The translations under genes and the position numbers were made by a program. From Zestosphaera sp. (lineage in GTDB: Archaea; Thermoproteota; Thermoprotei_A; Sulfolobales; NBVN01): a stretch of DNA of 64,000 bases. The notes under the pieces were generated by a model. That model did no database searches. It was not told the origin of the DNA and saw only the letters and a list, made by a program, of their open reading frames with translations. The stretch covers positions 156,310-220,309 of the forward strand of contig JAWBSH010000002.1 in the NCBI GenBank assembly GCA_038843015.1, given 5' to 3'. Below are positions 38,898 to 48,197 of the stretch, in pieces (the stretch's first letter is position 1; each line of letters starts with the position of its first letter).

Positions 38898-39177
38898 CTC
38901 TAACCCAATGTAGGATACTTAATCAACACATATAAACATATCTGACTTTCTGCCTCTAGGGGGTTGAGGCTCTCTCCAGAACTGCCCGCGAGTTCAGTTT
39001 TGTTGTTCTGTCTCTCGTTGTTAATATGTATTATTACTTAAAGTCTACTTATTTACGTGGGTTTTCGTCATCTCGAGGAGCAGAGCTTATTCGGTTGTCG
39101 GGACTCTTAACGCAAGAGCTTTAAGAGTTGCTTCATTTAATTAGTGCGTCATAGAATGATTCTTGGGGTTATGAGAA

Positions 39178-40422
39178 GTGTTGAAGATAGCTGTAGTACC
39201 TGTTGGCGGCGAGGCTGTTAGGCTGAGACCACTCACTATAGAGACTTCAAAAAGTATGGTGAGATTTCTTAACAAGCCTCTCTTAGAGCTAGCTTTGCTT
39301 CGATTAGCTAGGTCAGGTATTAAGGAGGTCTACCTAGGTGTTAGAGGATACTATAATTATAGAGACTTATTCGATTATTTCAGGGAAGGATACTGGTTTA
39401 GAGAAAGATACGGTCTCAAAGAAGATTTGAGAATTCGTTATATGCCGAGGTATGACACTTTAGGCAATGCTGACGCTGTGAGGATAATTATGGAGTATTA
39501 CGAGATAAAAGAACCTGTCGTTGTGATTCAGGGCGACAACATATTTGATTTAGATGTTCAGGAAGTTTTTAGAGAGCATTTGAGGAAGAAAGCATTCATG
39601 ACTATCGTGCTTAAGGAAGTCGAGGACGTCAGGGAGTTCGGGGTTGCTGAGTTAGGTGATGACTTAAGAATAAAGAGATTTGTTGAGAAGCCGAAGCCGG
39701 AAGAGGCTCCCAGCAAGTTGGCTAATACAGGAATTTACGTGATTGACGCAGAAATAGTTGAGTTTTTTAAGGAGGGGGAAGGCAAGAGACTGCTTGAAGA
39801 AGGCAAGATGGATTTTGGGAATGACGTGATACCTAAGCTAATAGAGTTAGGCTTTCCTGTCTACGGGTACTTAACGACTAGTTACTGGTTTGATGTGGGG
39901 ACCCCCGAAAGATACCTAAAAGCCATGATCTACCTACTCCATAGTATGAAGGCCGAAGACCTTGAAGCTAAAGAAATCCACGGTGGTGTCTTAGGTATGG
40001 GCAAGTCTAAGATGTCTATGAACCTGCATGAAACTATACGTAGGAGAATACTTGAGAACGACCTCATCTTTATAGGCAAGGCGTTGATAGGGAGACACGT
40101 ATCTATAGGTAGTAGGTGCTTGATAGAAGACTCAACGATAGATAATTATGTGGTCGTAGGGAATAGGTGCGAGATAGTTAGGTCGGCAGTCATGGACAGA
40201 GTCAGGACAGGAGATAGAGTCAGAATAGTTGACTCAATTATTGGTAGGCACGCACTTATAGGCAATAACACCATCATAATAAATAGTGTCGTAGGAGACA
40301 ATTCTGTCGTAGGAGATAACGTTAGGTTAGTTAATGTGAAGGTGTGGCCGCACGAGCAAGTATCAAGTAACGCATCAATAGAAAACTACGTCGTTAAGCC
40401 ACATTACGTACAGCAGTATTGA
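39178..40422 (+). CDS. sugar-1-phosphate nucleotidylyltransferase with C-terminal left-handed beta-helix
   Basis: The N-terminus reads VPVGGEAVRLRPLTIETSKSMV (GxGxRLxPLT-type). The C-terminal part contains hexapeptide repeats (IGRHA.IGNNT.I.NSVVGDNSVVGDNV). A glycogen synthase gene follows directly. Confidence 0.75.
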   Translation: MLKIAVVPVGGEAVRLRPLTIETSKSMVRFLNKPLLELALLRLARSGIKEVYLGVRGYYNYRDLFDYFREGYWFRERYGLKEDLRIRYMPRYDTLGNADAVRIIMEYYEIKEPVVVIQGDNIFDLDVQEVFREHLRKKAFMTIVLKEVEDVREFGVAELGDDLRIKRFVEKPKPEEAPSKLANTGIYVIDAEIVEFFKEGEGKRLLEEGKMDFGNDVIPKLIELGFPVYGYLTTSYWFDVGTPERYLKAMIYLLHSMKAEDLEAKEIHGGVLGMGKSKMSMNLHETIRRRILENDLIFIGKALIGRHVSIGSRCLIEDSTIDNYVVVGNRCEIVRSAVMDRVRTGDRVRIVDSIIGRHALIGNNTIIINSVVGDNSVVGDNVRLVNVKVWPHEQVSSNASIENYVVKPHYVQQY

Positions 40423-40465
40423 GGAGGGGTCTACTCTGATAATCGCGCCCTCTCAGATAAGGAGG

Positions 40466-42010
40466 ATATGGATAGTTACGTTCGAGTATGCAGGCATTAA
40501 AAAAGTCGGCGGTTTGGGTGAGGCAGTCAAAAACATTTCAGTAGCTTTAGGCAACCTAGGCTACGAAGTAACTGTGGTTATGCCTTCACACGGAGTTGAT
40601 TTGGGTCAGCCGCTAGAAGGTGTTGTCTGTAGCGGGACACGTGTTGGGGAAGACCGCTGGCACTACCCCTACAAAATAGGGTTTAGTTCTTTAAACATCA
40701 GCGATAGAGTCAAGCTAATATTAGTTAGGGGAGTTGACTCTAGAACTTCTACGATCCTAGAAGATCCTTACGTGTATGGTAGGGTTGAAGAAAAAGCTTG
40801 TCTACTGTGTAGAGCTCTAATGTGTTTAGCTGAGTACCTAGGCTTTCCAGACATTATTCACAGCAATGACTGGCATTCTGCGTTAGCAGCCGTCGCACTC
40901 AAAATATATGCTGAGCAAAAAGGTATAGCACTTCCCCACTTACATCAGATACACTTGCCAGGCTCTCCCAGGTTTTCATGGCATTATATATCGTCTGAGT
41001 GGTGCGGTGTTCCGGCAGATGCGCACCGTATCTGGAGAGTCTGCTGTCACCGTCTCGAAAACACATACGATTTGTGGAAGTCCGTCGACGGCGACCTCGA
41101 AGCGTTCGCCGTTGTAGAAGCTGATGCGGTCGCTACAGTCAGTCGTAGCATGATCAACGAATTACTTAGTAGGTACGGTGACTGGATTCGAGAAAAGACT
41201 TGTTTTATATATAACTCGACAGACTGGAGCTTAAAGGAAGTAACTGACTACGCCTTAAGTAGTTACGGGGAACTTGACAGGGCTAAGTTGAGGTGGGTTT
41301 TAATCAGAGACCTACTCAGTAGGTACAGCAGTACGGGTCGGTTAACTGAAGGTGACGCATTAGTACTTAGTACCGGACGCTTAACTCCACAGAAAGGCTT
41401 TGAGTATCTCCTCAGAAGTTTTAGGAAAGTGCCGGAAAGACTAAGACTAGTTATTCTCGGTATCTCAGTAGGGGATTTAGGGTACGAGGAATACATACGT
41501 CAGTTAGTGCGAGACTTAGATGGCAGGGCGGTCTTAATTACGGAGAGAGTAGATCCGCGCACATATAAGTTGCTGCATTACGTGGCAAACGCGTTTGTAG
41601 TTCCCTCGATCTACGAGCCTTTCGGGGTAGTAGCTATTGAGGCGATGGCTGTCGGCACCCCGGTAGTGGCGAGTAATGTAGGTGGATTAAGCGAGATAGT
41701 TGAAGACTTGAGGTCCCGGGAAGATGGTTGTGGGTTTAAGGTTCAGCCAGGAAATGAGTTAGAACTAAGTGAAGCTATACAGAACTTATCGTATTTAACG
41801 CTAGTTAGTGAGTTAGGCGAAGGCTTTGAGTACTTAACATACGATAATCTAAGAAAGCTAGCTAGCAAGAACTTGTCGTTAGGACATATAGTTAGAGAGA
41901 ACTGTATTAAGCGCGTTGAGCAAAACTTCAGAATACACCACACTGCCGAGCAAGTGATTAGATGCTACGAGCTAAGTAGGAAGATGGCTTACTTCAGAGC
42001 AATAACTTAA
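40466..42010 (+). CDS. glgA: glycogen/starch synthase (GT-B glycosyltransferase); start codon unresolved
   Basis: The conserved N-terminus IWIVTFEYAGIKKVGGLGEAV is encoded upstream of the first canonical start (TTG at 40514). The motif YEPFGVVAIEAMAVGTPVVAS is present near the C-terminus. See the matching finding. Confidence 0.7.
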   Translation: MWIVTFEYAGIKKVGGLGEAVKNISVALGNLGYEVTVVMPSHGVDLGQPLEGVVCSGTRVGEDRWHYPYKIGFSSLNISDRVKLILVRGVDSRTSTILEDPYVYGRVEEKACLLCRALMCLAEYLGFPDIIHSNDWHSALAAVALKIYAEQKGIALPHLHQIHLPGSPRFSWHYISSEWCGVPADAHRIWRVCCHRLENTYDLWKSVDGDLEAFAVVEADAVATVSRSMINELLSRYGDWIREKTCFIYNSTDWSLKEVTDYALSSYGELDRAKLRWVLIRDLLSRYSSTGRLTEGDALVLSTGRLTPQKGFEYLLRSFRKVPERLRLVILGISVGDLGYEEYIRQLVRDLDGRAVLITERVDPRTYKLLHYVANAFVVPSIYEPFGVVAIEAMAVGTPVVASNVGGLSEIVEDLRSREDGCGFKVQPGNELELSEAIQNLSYLTLVSELGEGFEYLTYDNLRKLASKNLSLGHIVRENCIKRVEQNFRIHHTAEQVIRCYELSRKMAYFRAIT

Positions 42011-42070
42011 AACACTTCTGTCATAATGTCAGAGAATCTAATGAACTAGTGTTCAAATAATGAATCAAAC

Positions 42071-42078
42071 TTTATATA
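42071..42078 (+). promoter_or_regulatory. consensus archaeal TATA box TTTATATA
   Basis: The box lies 34 nt upstream of the ATG of the six-Cys micro-ORF. Confidence 0.5.
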
Positions 42079-42111
42079 ATCCCTTAACTCACATAATTTT
42101 ATGTGATAGAC

Positions 42112-42243
42112 ATGGACGGTTTAAGTTCTTCTCTAATGATGTGTGAAGATTTTTGTAGCGAGTTCTGTGATCTGAAGGAGGAAGAAGAGCTTGAGTTATG
42201 TCTAGATTCATGCATGAAATACTGTACCGCATCTAGAGACTGA
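42112..42243 (+). CDS. 43-aa six-cysteine microprotein (twin CX3CX3C)
   Basis: This ORF is not in the track because it is below the size cut-off. It runs from ATG to TGA and encodes MDGLSSSLMMCEDFCSEFCDLKEEEELELCLDSCMKYCTASRD. It has its own TATA box. Confidence 0.5.
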   Translation: MDGLSSSLMMCEDFCSEFCDLKEEEELELCLDSCMKYCTASRD

Positions 42244-42327
42244 GTTAGGTACTGATTTTACGGAAAATTTAAAAACTTGCTTCATCAGTAATCATAGTGT
42301 CTGTAAGAATGATTAACACGAGCAATT

Positions 42328-43038
42328 TTGTGGACTCACGTAAGAGGGAGTATCTTGTTAGAGCTTCCTAGCCTTATTTTCATGCTTGTTTACTGGGCTT
42401 TAATAGACTCTGTAGATCCATGCATCTTTGCTTTATTCGTGTCCATATTGATCTCTGCTTCTTTAATGAATATTAGACACGTAGTTAAGATAGGGTCTAC
42501 CTTCATAATATCGACGTTTCTCGGATACCTAGCTTTCGGCGCTTTGCTAAGGTTCCTAGCCGGGGGATTACCTAGATGGTTGTTAGGTCTTGCTACACTA
42601 TCATACGGTCTAGTCATGCTAGTTAATACTCTCAAGAGTAAAGAAACTGACACTCAATTGTTCGTGTGCAGAGAAGATAATCTGCCGTGTAGAATAATCA
42701 ACACTCTGAAACTCGATAAAGTCTCAAGAGATGAAGTACTGCCGACAGCGACGTTAGGTGTTATAGCGTCTTTTACGTTGCTTCCCTGTAGTGCAGGTCT
42801 CTATATATTGTTCAATATTGTAATGATTGAGTACGGCTTCTTAACTTGGTTATTGTTATCTTTGCTATACGTAGCCGTGTTTGAGACTCCTCTAATACTA
42901 ATATTGCTGTTCTTCGTAGGCTTTTCCAGAACTAAGAGAGTCAACGAGGCATTAATGAGTAAGCAGAAAGCAATTAAAGTGATAGGCTCTCTCACTATGA
43001 TTGCAGTATCGATCTACATACTAGCGACTAACATTTAA
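42328..43038 (+). CDS. DsbD/CcdA-like polytopic membrane protein (candidate transmembrane thiol-disulfide transfer protein)
   Basis: The protein has about 6 TM helices. Cys motifs sit inside hydrophobic segments: IDSVDPCIFALF and FTLLPCSAGLY. Confidence 0.5.
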   Translation: MWTHVRGSILLELPSLIFMLVYWALIDSVDPCIFALFVSILISASLMNIRHVVKIGSTFIISTFLGYLAFGALLRFLAGGLPRWLLGLATLSYGLVMLVNTLKSKETDTQLFVCREDNLPCRIINTLKLDKVSRDEVLPTATLGVIASFTLLPCSAGLYILFNIVMIEYGFLTWLLLSLLYVAVFETPLILILLFFVGFSRTKRVNEALMSKQKAIKVIGSLTMIAVSIYILATNI

Positions 43039-43072
43039 ATCTCTGAAGCGTTATTTAGTTAGGTGATTTTAA

Positions 43073-43417
43073 ATGACGGAAGCGGACATCGGGCAAGATG
43101 AGGTTACTTGGGGGATAATAGCCTGGATAATACCCTTAATAGGGGCTATATTAGCTCTAGTTTTGAGACCAGGATATAAATACGCTAAGTACTGGGCTTA
43201 CCTAAACATATCCTTCTTCATAGTAATCGTCGTTAGCGGCATCGTAACAAGTATACTAGCTTTTATACCGTTCATCGGCTGGCTTATAGGCATCCTCATA
43301 TGGGTTGCATTACTTATCTTGTGGGTTATAGGCATAGTAAAGTCAGCTAGCAGGACCTACTGGAAGCCACCAATCATCTACGACTTAGCTAGGGCTCTAG
43401 GTATTGAGAGGGTATGA
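43073..43417 (+). CDS. small membrane protein, unknown function
   Basis: The 114-aa protein has three hydrophobic helices (WGIIAWIIPLIGAILALVL...). Confidence 0.45.
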   Translation: MTEADIGQDEVTWGIIAWIIPLIGAILALVLRPGYKYAKYWAYLNISFFIVIVVSGIVTSILAFIPFIGWLIGILIWVALLILWVIGIVKSASRTYWKPPIIYDLARALGIERV

Positions 43418-43513
43418 TAACTTCATAGCAGTTTGAGAGGATAACGCTCAAAAACTTTCATAAATTTTTGCATGTATTGTTTTTATAGTTTCGCAATACT
43501 AGAGTTTGGTGTC

Positions 43514-43747
43514 GGTATGAGTGAACCGGGGACTAAATGGAGGGAATTAGTGATTAGAGACATTGATCAAGTGTGGTTTGAGTATGATAGGCAGACAGAC
43601 ATTCTATACATAAACTTCGGTTACGATGTTGAGGAAGCTGATGAGGCTTTACTGACGGAAAACAACGTGGTTGTGAGGATTAAAGAGGGCAGAGTAGTTT
43701 CTCTGACTGTGTTTGATTTCATGAAGAGAATAGGTCTTGAGGTATGA
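43514..43747 (+). CDS. small DUF2283-like protein
   Basis: The ...QTDILYINFGYD... pattern is present. The likely start is the Met at MSEPG. The stop overlaps the start of the next gene (ATGA). Confidence 0.45.
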   Translation, partial: GMSEPGTKWRELVIRDIDQVWFEYDRQTDILYINFGYDVEEADEALLTENNVVVRIKEGRVVSLTVFDFMKRIGLEV

Positions 43748-45423
43748 GTGCTTCATCACTACTTAAGAATGTCGAGTCTGACGCAAGACCTTACGAGTTA
43801 GTAGAGTTAGTTACGAGATTATCTTCTTACCACAGGATACAGGGCTCGCGCGATTTGATAGAGGCGGGAGATTTCATAAGAGCTTCTTTGGAAGAACTGA
43901 GTAAGGACGTAAGCGTTAGAGTTTTTAATTACGCGAATCCGCCGAGATGGTTAAGCCCCATAATTGGTTGGGACTTGATCGACGGTGAAGTACGCGTAAC
44001 ACACCCAGAAAAAAAGATGCTTTCATCTGTTAAGAAAGCGTTCACGTCTGTCGCAGCTCACTCGCCGTCAGGCGAGTTCTATGGCCAAGTAAGTTATGCG
44101 GAAAGCGAGAATTTAATACCAGACGACGTTGAAGTGTTACTGACTAGTAACAGAAGCCTGGACATGTACTTCGAAGCTGTTAAGAGAGGAGCTAGCGCTG
44201 TCTTAATATATAGGAGAGACGCGCCATCAAGAGGCATACCATATGTAGGGCTTTTCCCAACACCTGATGAAGCCCACAAGATGAAAGCTCCAGTAGTCTG
44301 CATTCCTAGAAGGAGCGCGGAAAGGATAAAGACGCTACTCAACAGGGGCGAGAAAGTAGTTGTTGAAGGCTTTGTTAAGTCAATATATAGTGACCCGAGA
44401 GAATTGAAGGTCGTTACAGCTGAATTCGGTAATGGTGAAAAAGAAATACACATAACAGCACACTATTGCCACCCTAAAGGAACTGTTAACGATAATGTGA
44501 GTGGTGCGGCGACGTCATTATATGTAGCCAGGTTACTCAGTAAGCACTTTGAGAAAACACCACGCTATTCACGAGGTATTAAAGTCAGGTTTGTATGGGT
44601 ACCTGAGCATTACGGGTCGCTAGCTTTAGTCAGTAGATTACTTGAAGAGAATGTTGAGATTTTAGGAACGCTTAATCTGGACATGATTGGCGAGAAACAA
44701 ACTTTAACAAACTCTACACTAAATTTTATACGTTCGCCAGTACTGCTCTTAAGCGAGTTTGAGGCACACGCTTTCAAAATCTTCAAGAGGTTGAGTATCG
44801 GCTGGGGGCTAACTACCTCAAGTACTGGAAGACCTTTACTGAGGTTTGATTTGAAGCCTTATGAGGCTGGGAGCGACCACGATTCTTACGTAGTTTTCGG
44901 GATACCTGCAGTCTCATTAACTAACTGGCCTGACAAATTCTATCACACTAATTTAGACTCAATCGACAAGTTCAGCCCTGCTAACTCTTTAAGAATTGTG
45001 ATTGCAGCACTCAGAGCAGCACTAACTTTTGAACCCAGTAATTCCGAAATGTATCACTACGTAAACTACGTGAAGGGCACAGAATACTTTAGTCTTCCAG
45101 CACCCTTATATAGAGTCCGTCAGAATCTTTATGAAGAAAGAAGAGCCTGCGAGATTGCGAGGGAATTGGCTGGCTATCCATCTCCTCAATATCTGCTTAG
45201 AAAGATTAGAGAGCCTGAGGTTCGTGAAGAAGTGAAGAAGTTTCTTAGTAAAGCGTCGTGGGCTACGACAGCCTACATTATAGCGAATCTCTACTCTTCT
45301 TGTGGGCTCGTCGCCAGCGACTTGAGAAAGTCTCTGGTTGCTGAGTTGGGAGTTAGAATTGATGAGAGAGACTTCAACACTATATTAAAGTCTATAGAAT
45401 TACTGAGAAACACTTCTCTTTAG
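43744..45423 (+). CDS. M28-fold aminopeptidase-like protein (DUF4910-type)
   Basis: The motifs HYCHPKGTVNDNVSGAA, VWVPEHYGS, NLDMIGE and GSDHDSY recapitulate the order of M28 metal-ligand positions. Confidence 0.55.
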   Translation: MSASSLLKNVESDARPYELVELVTRLSSYHRIQGSRDLIEAGDFIRASLEELSKDVSVRVFNYANPPRWLSPIIGWDLIDGEVRVTHPEKKMLSSVKKAFTSVAAHSPSGEFYGQVSYAESENLIPDDVEVLLTSNRSLDMYFEAVKRGASAVLIYRRDAPSRGIPYVGLFPTPDEAHKMKAPVVCIPRRSAERIKTLLNRGEKVVVEGFVKSIYSDPRELKVVTAEFGNGEKEIHITAHYCHPKGTVNDNVSGAATSLYVARLLSKHFEKTPRYSRGIKVRFVWVPEHYGSLALVSRLLEENVEILGTLNLDMIGEKQTLTNSTLNFIRSPVLLLSEFEAHAFKIFKRLSIGWGLTTSSTGRPLLRFDLKPYEAGSDHDSYVVFGIPAVSLTNWPDKFYHTNLDSIDKFSPANSLRIVIAALRAALTFEPSNSEMYHYVNYVKGTEYFSLPAPLYRVRQNLYEERRACEIARELAGYPSPQYLLRKIREPEVREEVKKFLSKASWATTAYIIANLYSSCGLVASDLRKSLVAELGVRIDERDFNTILKSIELLRNTSL

Positions 45424-45974
45424 TGATTTTCATGTTGTTAGTTTATTACGGTAAGGGAAAAGGCAAGACTACCGCGGCGTTAGGTACGGCTTTGCGGGCT
45501 CTGGGGAGGGGTTGGAGAGTACTATTAATTCAGTTCATGAAAAGTGGTGCGAGCGGTGAAGTCTACTTCCTGAGAAGCTTGCCACACACCTGCAGGAAAA
45601 GGATTTACGTAGTTAACGTAGGTATAAAAGAATTTGTTAATCCAGAAGACTTAAGTGATTACAGAGCCTCAGTGACTATGGCTTTAATATACGGTTTCCT
45701 CAGGGAGGTTTACCCGTCTCTAATGCGCAGGTTGCGTCCTGAGCTAGTCATTTTTGATGAGCTAGGCATAGCGTCTCATATAGGGCTAGTTGATGAGGGA
45801 CTGGTACTCAGTATTCTGAAGAAATTTGTGAGTAATCCTCAAAAACATGCCATAATCACGGGGCGCTACGTACCGAAGACTGTGAGAGATATTGCTGACT
45901 TAGTTACTGAGGTGAAGGAAGTCAAGCATTACTATAAAAAAGGCTTTGTCAACATCGAAGGCTTAGACATTTGA
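45423..45974 (+). CDS. CobA/CobO/BtuR-family ATP:corrinoid adenosyltransferase-like P-loop protein
   Basis: The N-terminus reads VYYGKGKGKTTAALGTALRALGRGWRVLLIQFMK. The start overlaps the stop of the upstream gene. Confidence 0.7.
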   Translation: MIFMLLVYYGKGKGKTTAALGTALRALGRGWRVLLIQFMKSGASGEVYFLRSLPHTCRKRIYVVNVGIKEFVNPEDLSDYRASVTMALIYGFLREVYPSLMRRLRPELVIFDELGIASHIGLVDEGLVLSILKKFVSNPQKHAIITGRYVPKTVRDIADLVTEVKEVKHYYKKGFVNIEGLDI

Positions 45975-45989
45975 TTGGTCGTATCTAGC

Positions 45990-48089
45990 TCAAGGTGGTA
46001 TCAACATCTTATAGAGGTTGTAGCTTACCACGTAGTACGCGAAAACCAGCGACACTATACTCATCAATTTAATCAATATATTTATGGAGGGTCCTGCCGC
46101 ATCCTTCATTGGGTCGCCAACAGTATCTCCTATTACGGCAGCTTTATGAGCCTCACTGCCCTTACCTCCATGATGTCCTGCCTCAATATACTTTTTCGCG
46201 TTGTCCCACGTATTCCCTACGTTGCCCTGGAAAAGCCCTAACAGCAATCCAGAGATAGTTGCTGCGAGTAGCATGCCTGCAAGACCGTGAGGTCCTAAAA
46301 TGAAGCCTACGACAAGTGGAGTCGCTATAGCTATTACTCCAGGAAGTATTAGTCTCTTTATAGCGTAGGAAGTCACTATAGCTACTGCTTTCCCGTAGTC
46401 AGGTTTCTCCTTAAACTCTAGTATTCCGGGCTTTTCTTTGAATTGTCTCCTGATCTCTTCTATTAGGACAAAAGCTGAATCACTGACTGCGAGTATTACT
46501 ATCGAAGTAAATAGAGCAGGCATCACTACCCCTATGAACATCCCTGAAATTAGTCTAGCGTCTAACACTGTTAGTGACTGGAATAAGCTACTTAAGTCTG
46601 CCCCGGTATAGTACTGAAGTATCGATGCGTAAGCGCCTATGAAGGCTAGAGCTGTGAGAGCCGCTGAACCTATTGCGAAACCCTTGCTAACAGACTTCAT
46701 AGTGTTTCCTGCAGCGTCTAACTTATCAGTTATAGTTCTAACTTCCTCTCCTAGGCCTGCCTGCTCAGCTATTCCTGCAGCATTGTCAGTTATAGGTCCG
46801 TAGGCGTCAGCACTCACTACAACTCCTGTTAAAGACAGCATGCCCACTGCAGAGAGTGCTACACCGTATATGCCTAGCCAGAACTCTCGCGTGGGTAGCC
46901 ACAAAACTAAGAAAGCTGTTAAGGAGGCAACAGATATCATTACTGCAGGTATGAAGGCGCTTAAGAAACCATACGAGAAACCTGTTAAAAGAGTGAGAGC
47001 AGGTCCTGCCTCAGACATCTTAGCAACTTTCTTTACTGGTGAGTACCTAGAGTTAGTGAAGTAGTCACTAGTTAGTCCTATTGCTACCCCAGCTATCAGA
47101 CCAGCAACTATCACAATCCATACTCTAAAACCTAATTCACCACTGATTAGTGAGTTGATCCCGAAGAAAGACATGAGGGCTATAAGAACGGAGGCCGTCA
47201 CGGTAGCTAGGGTTAGTGGTTTTGAAGGGTCTCCACCCTCTCTTGTACGCACGACAAACGAAGACAGTATTGAAGCGAGAATCCCTGTAGCAGCCACTAA
47301 GAGCGGGATTAAGGCAAAGCTACTCCAGGAATAGAGACTGAAACTCCTTAGTTGCGTAGACGCTATCACCATCGTAGAGATTATAGCACCGACGTAAGAC
47401 TCAAAAAGATCAGCACCCATCCCAGCCACGTCACCCACGTTATCACCCACGTTATCTGCTATCACTCCAGGATTTCTAGGGTCGTCTTCAGGAATCCCTA
47501 CCTCAACCTTACCTACTAAGTCAGAACCTATGTCGGCTGCCTTAGTGTATATTCCTCCCCCTACTCTAGCAAATAAAGCTACTGAGGAAGCCCCGAAACT
47601 ATAACCGATTATGTCGTTTATAGCTTCAGGAGTCTCCCCGTAAATGATGTATTGAATAACAATTAATAATAACCCTATACCTACTGTCATTAAACCCATT
47701 ACTAAACCGCCGTTAAAAGCTAGTCTAAGAGCTCTGTTTAGACCTTTCTCTTTAGCCACGTTAGTTGTTCGCACGTTAGCGTTCACAGCTATCTTCATAC
47801 CAACAAAACCTGCAATTATTGAAGAGAGTGCTCCTAAAACGTAGCTAGCCGCCATTCTATACCATCCGAGGAGTAGCAGAAGAACAACTATTATGACCGC
47901 AATACCGAAGATAACTGTATACTGTTTCTTGAGATAAGCACTAGCTCCTTCTTTTATGTACTCGTGAATCTCTACCATCTTGCCGGACCCTGGAGACTCT
48001 TTAATGATTCTATAAGAAGTCAATAAAGCATAAACTATTGCTATCACTGAAATACCCAAGACCACGACTTCAGCATACATATCATACAC
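45990..48089 (-). CDS. hppA: membrane-bound H+/Na+-translocating pyrophosphatase
   Basis: The motifs [40 protein letters not shown] and [10 protein letters not shown] are present. The protein is 699 aa with about 16 TM helices. Confidence 0.9.
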   Translation of the reverse strand: MYDMYAEVVVLGISVIAIVYALLTSYRIIKESPGSGKMVEIHEYIKEGASAYLKKQYTVIFGIAVIIVVLLLLLGWYRMAASYVLGALSSIIAGFVGMKIAVNANVRTTNVAKEKGLNRALRLAFNGGLVMGLMTVGIGLLLIVIQYIIYGETPEAINDIIGYSFGASSVALFARVGGGIYTKAADIGSDLVGKVEVGIPEDDPRNPGVIADNVGDNVGDVAGMGADLFESYVGAIISTMVIASTQLRSFSLYSWSSFALIPLLVAATGILASILSSFVVRTREGGDPSKPLTLATVTASVLIALMSFFGINSLISGELGFRVWIVIVAGLIAGVAIGLTSDYFTNSRYSPVKKVAKMSEAGPALTLLTGFSYGFLSAFIPAVMISVASLTAFLVLWLPTREFWLGIYGVALSAVGMLSLTGVVVSADAYGPITDNAAGIAEQAGLGEEVRTITDKLDAAGNTMKSVSKGFAIGSAALTALAFIGAYASILQYYTGADLSSLFQSLTVLDARLISGMFIGVVMPALFTSIVILAVSDSAFVLIEEIRRQFKEKPGILEFKEKPDYGKAVAIVTSYAIKRLILPGVIAIATPLVVGFILGPHGLAGMLLAATISGLLLGLFQGNVGNTWDNAKKYIEAGHHGGKGSEAHKAAVIGDTVGDPMKDAAGPSINILIKLMSIVSLVFAYYVVSYNLYKMLIPP

Positions 48090-48197
48090 CCGGAATACTA
48101 CATATGAGGTAATGCTTAAAAAGCTTCATTTTGTTTTATAAATGAAGTCTGTAGACTTCAGATAACTAGTAATGGTTGCTGAGGTGATGAAGAGGGA

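Noticed and set aside
45975-46241. An 88-aa plus-strand ORF directly after the CobO-like gene.
   Set aside because: It lies almost entirely antisense to the 3' end of the pyrophosphatase gene (45990-48089), which has unambiguous family motifs.
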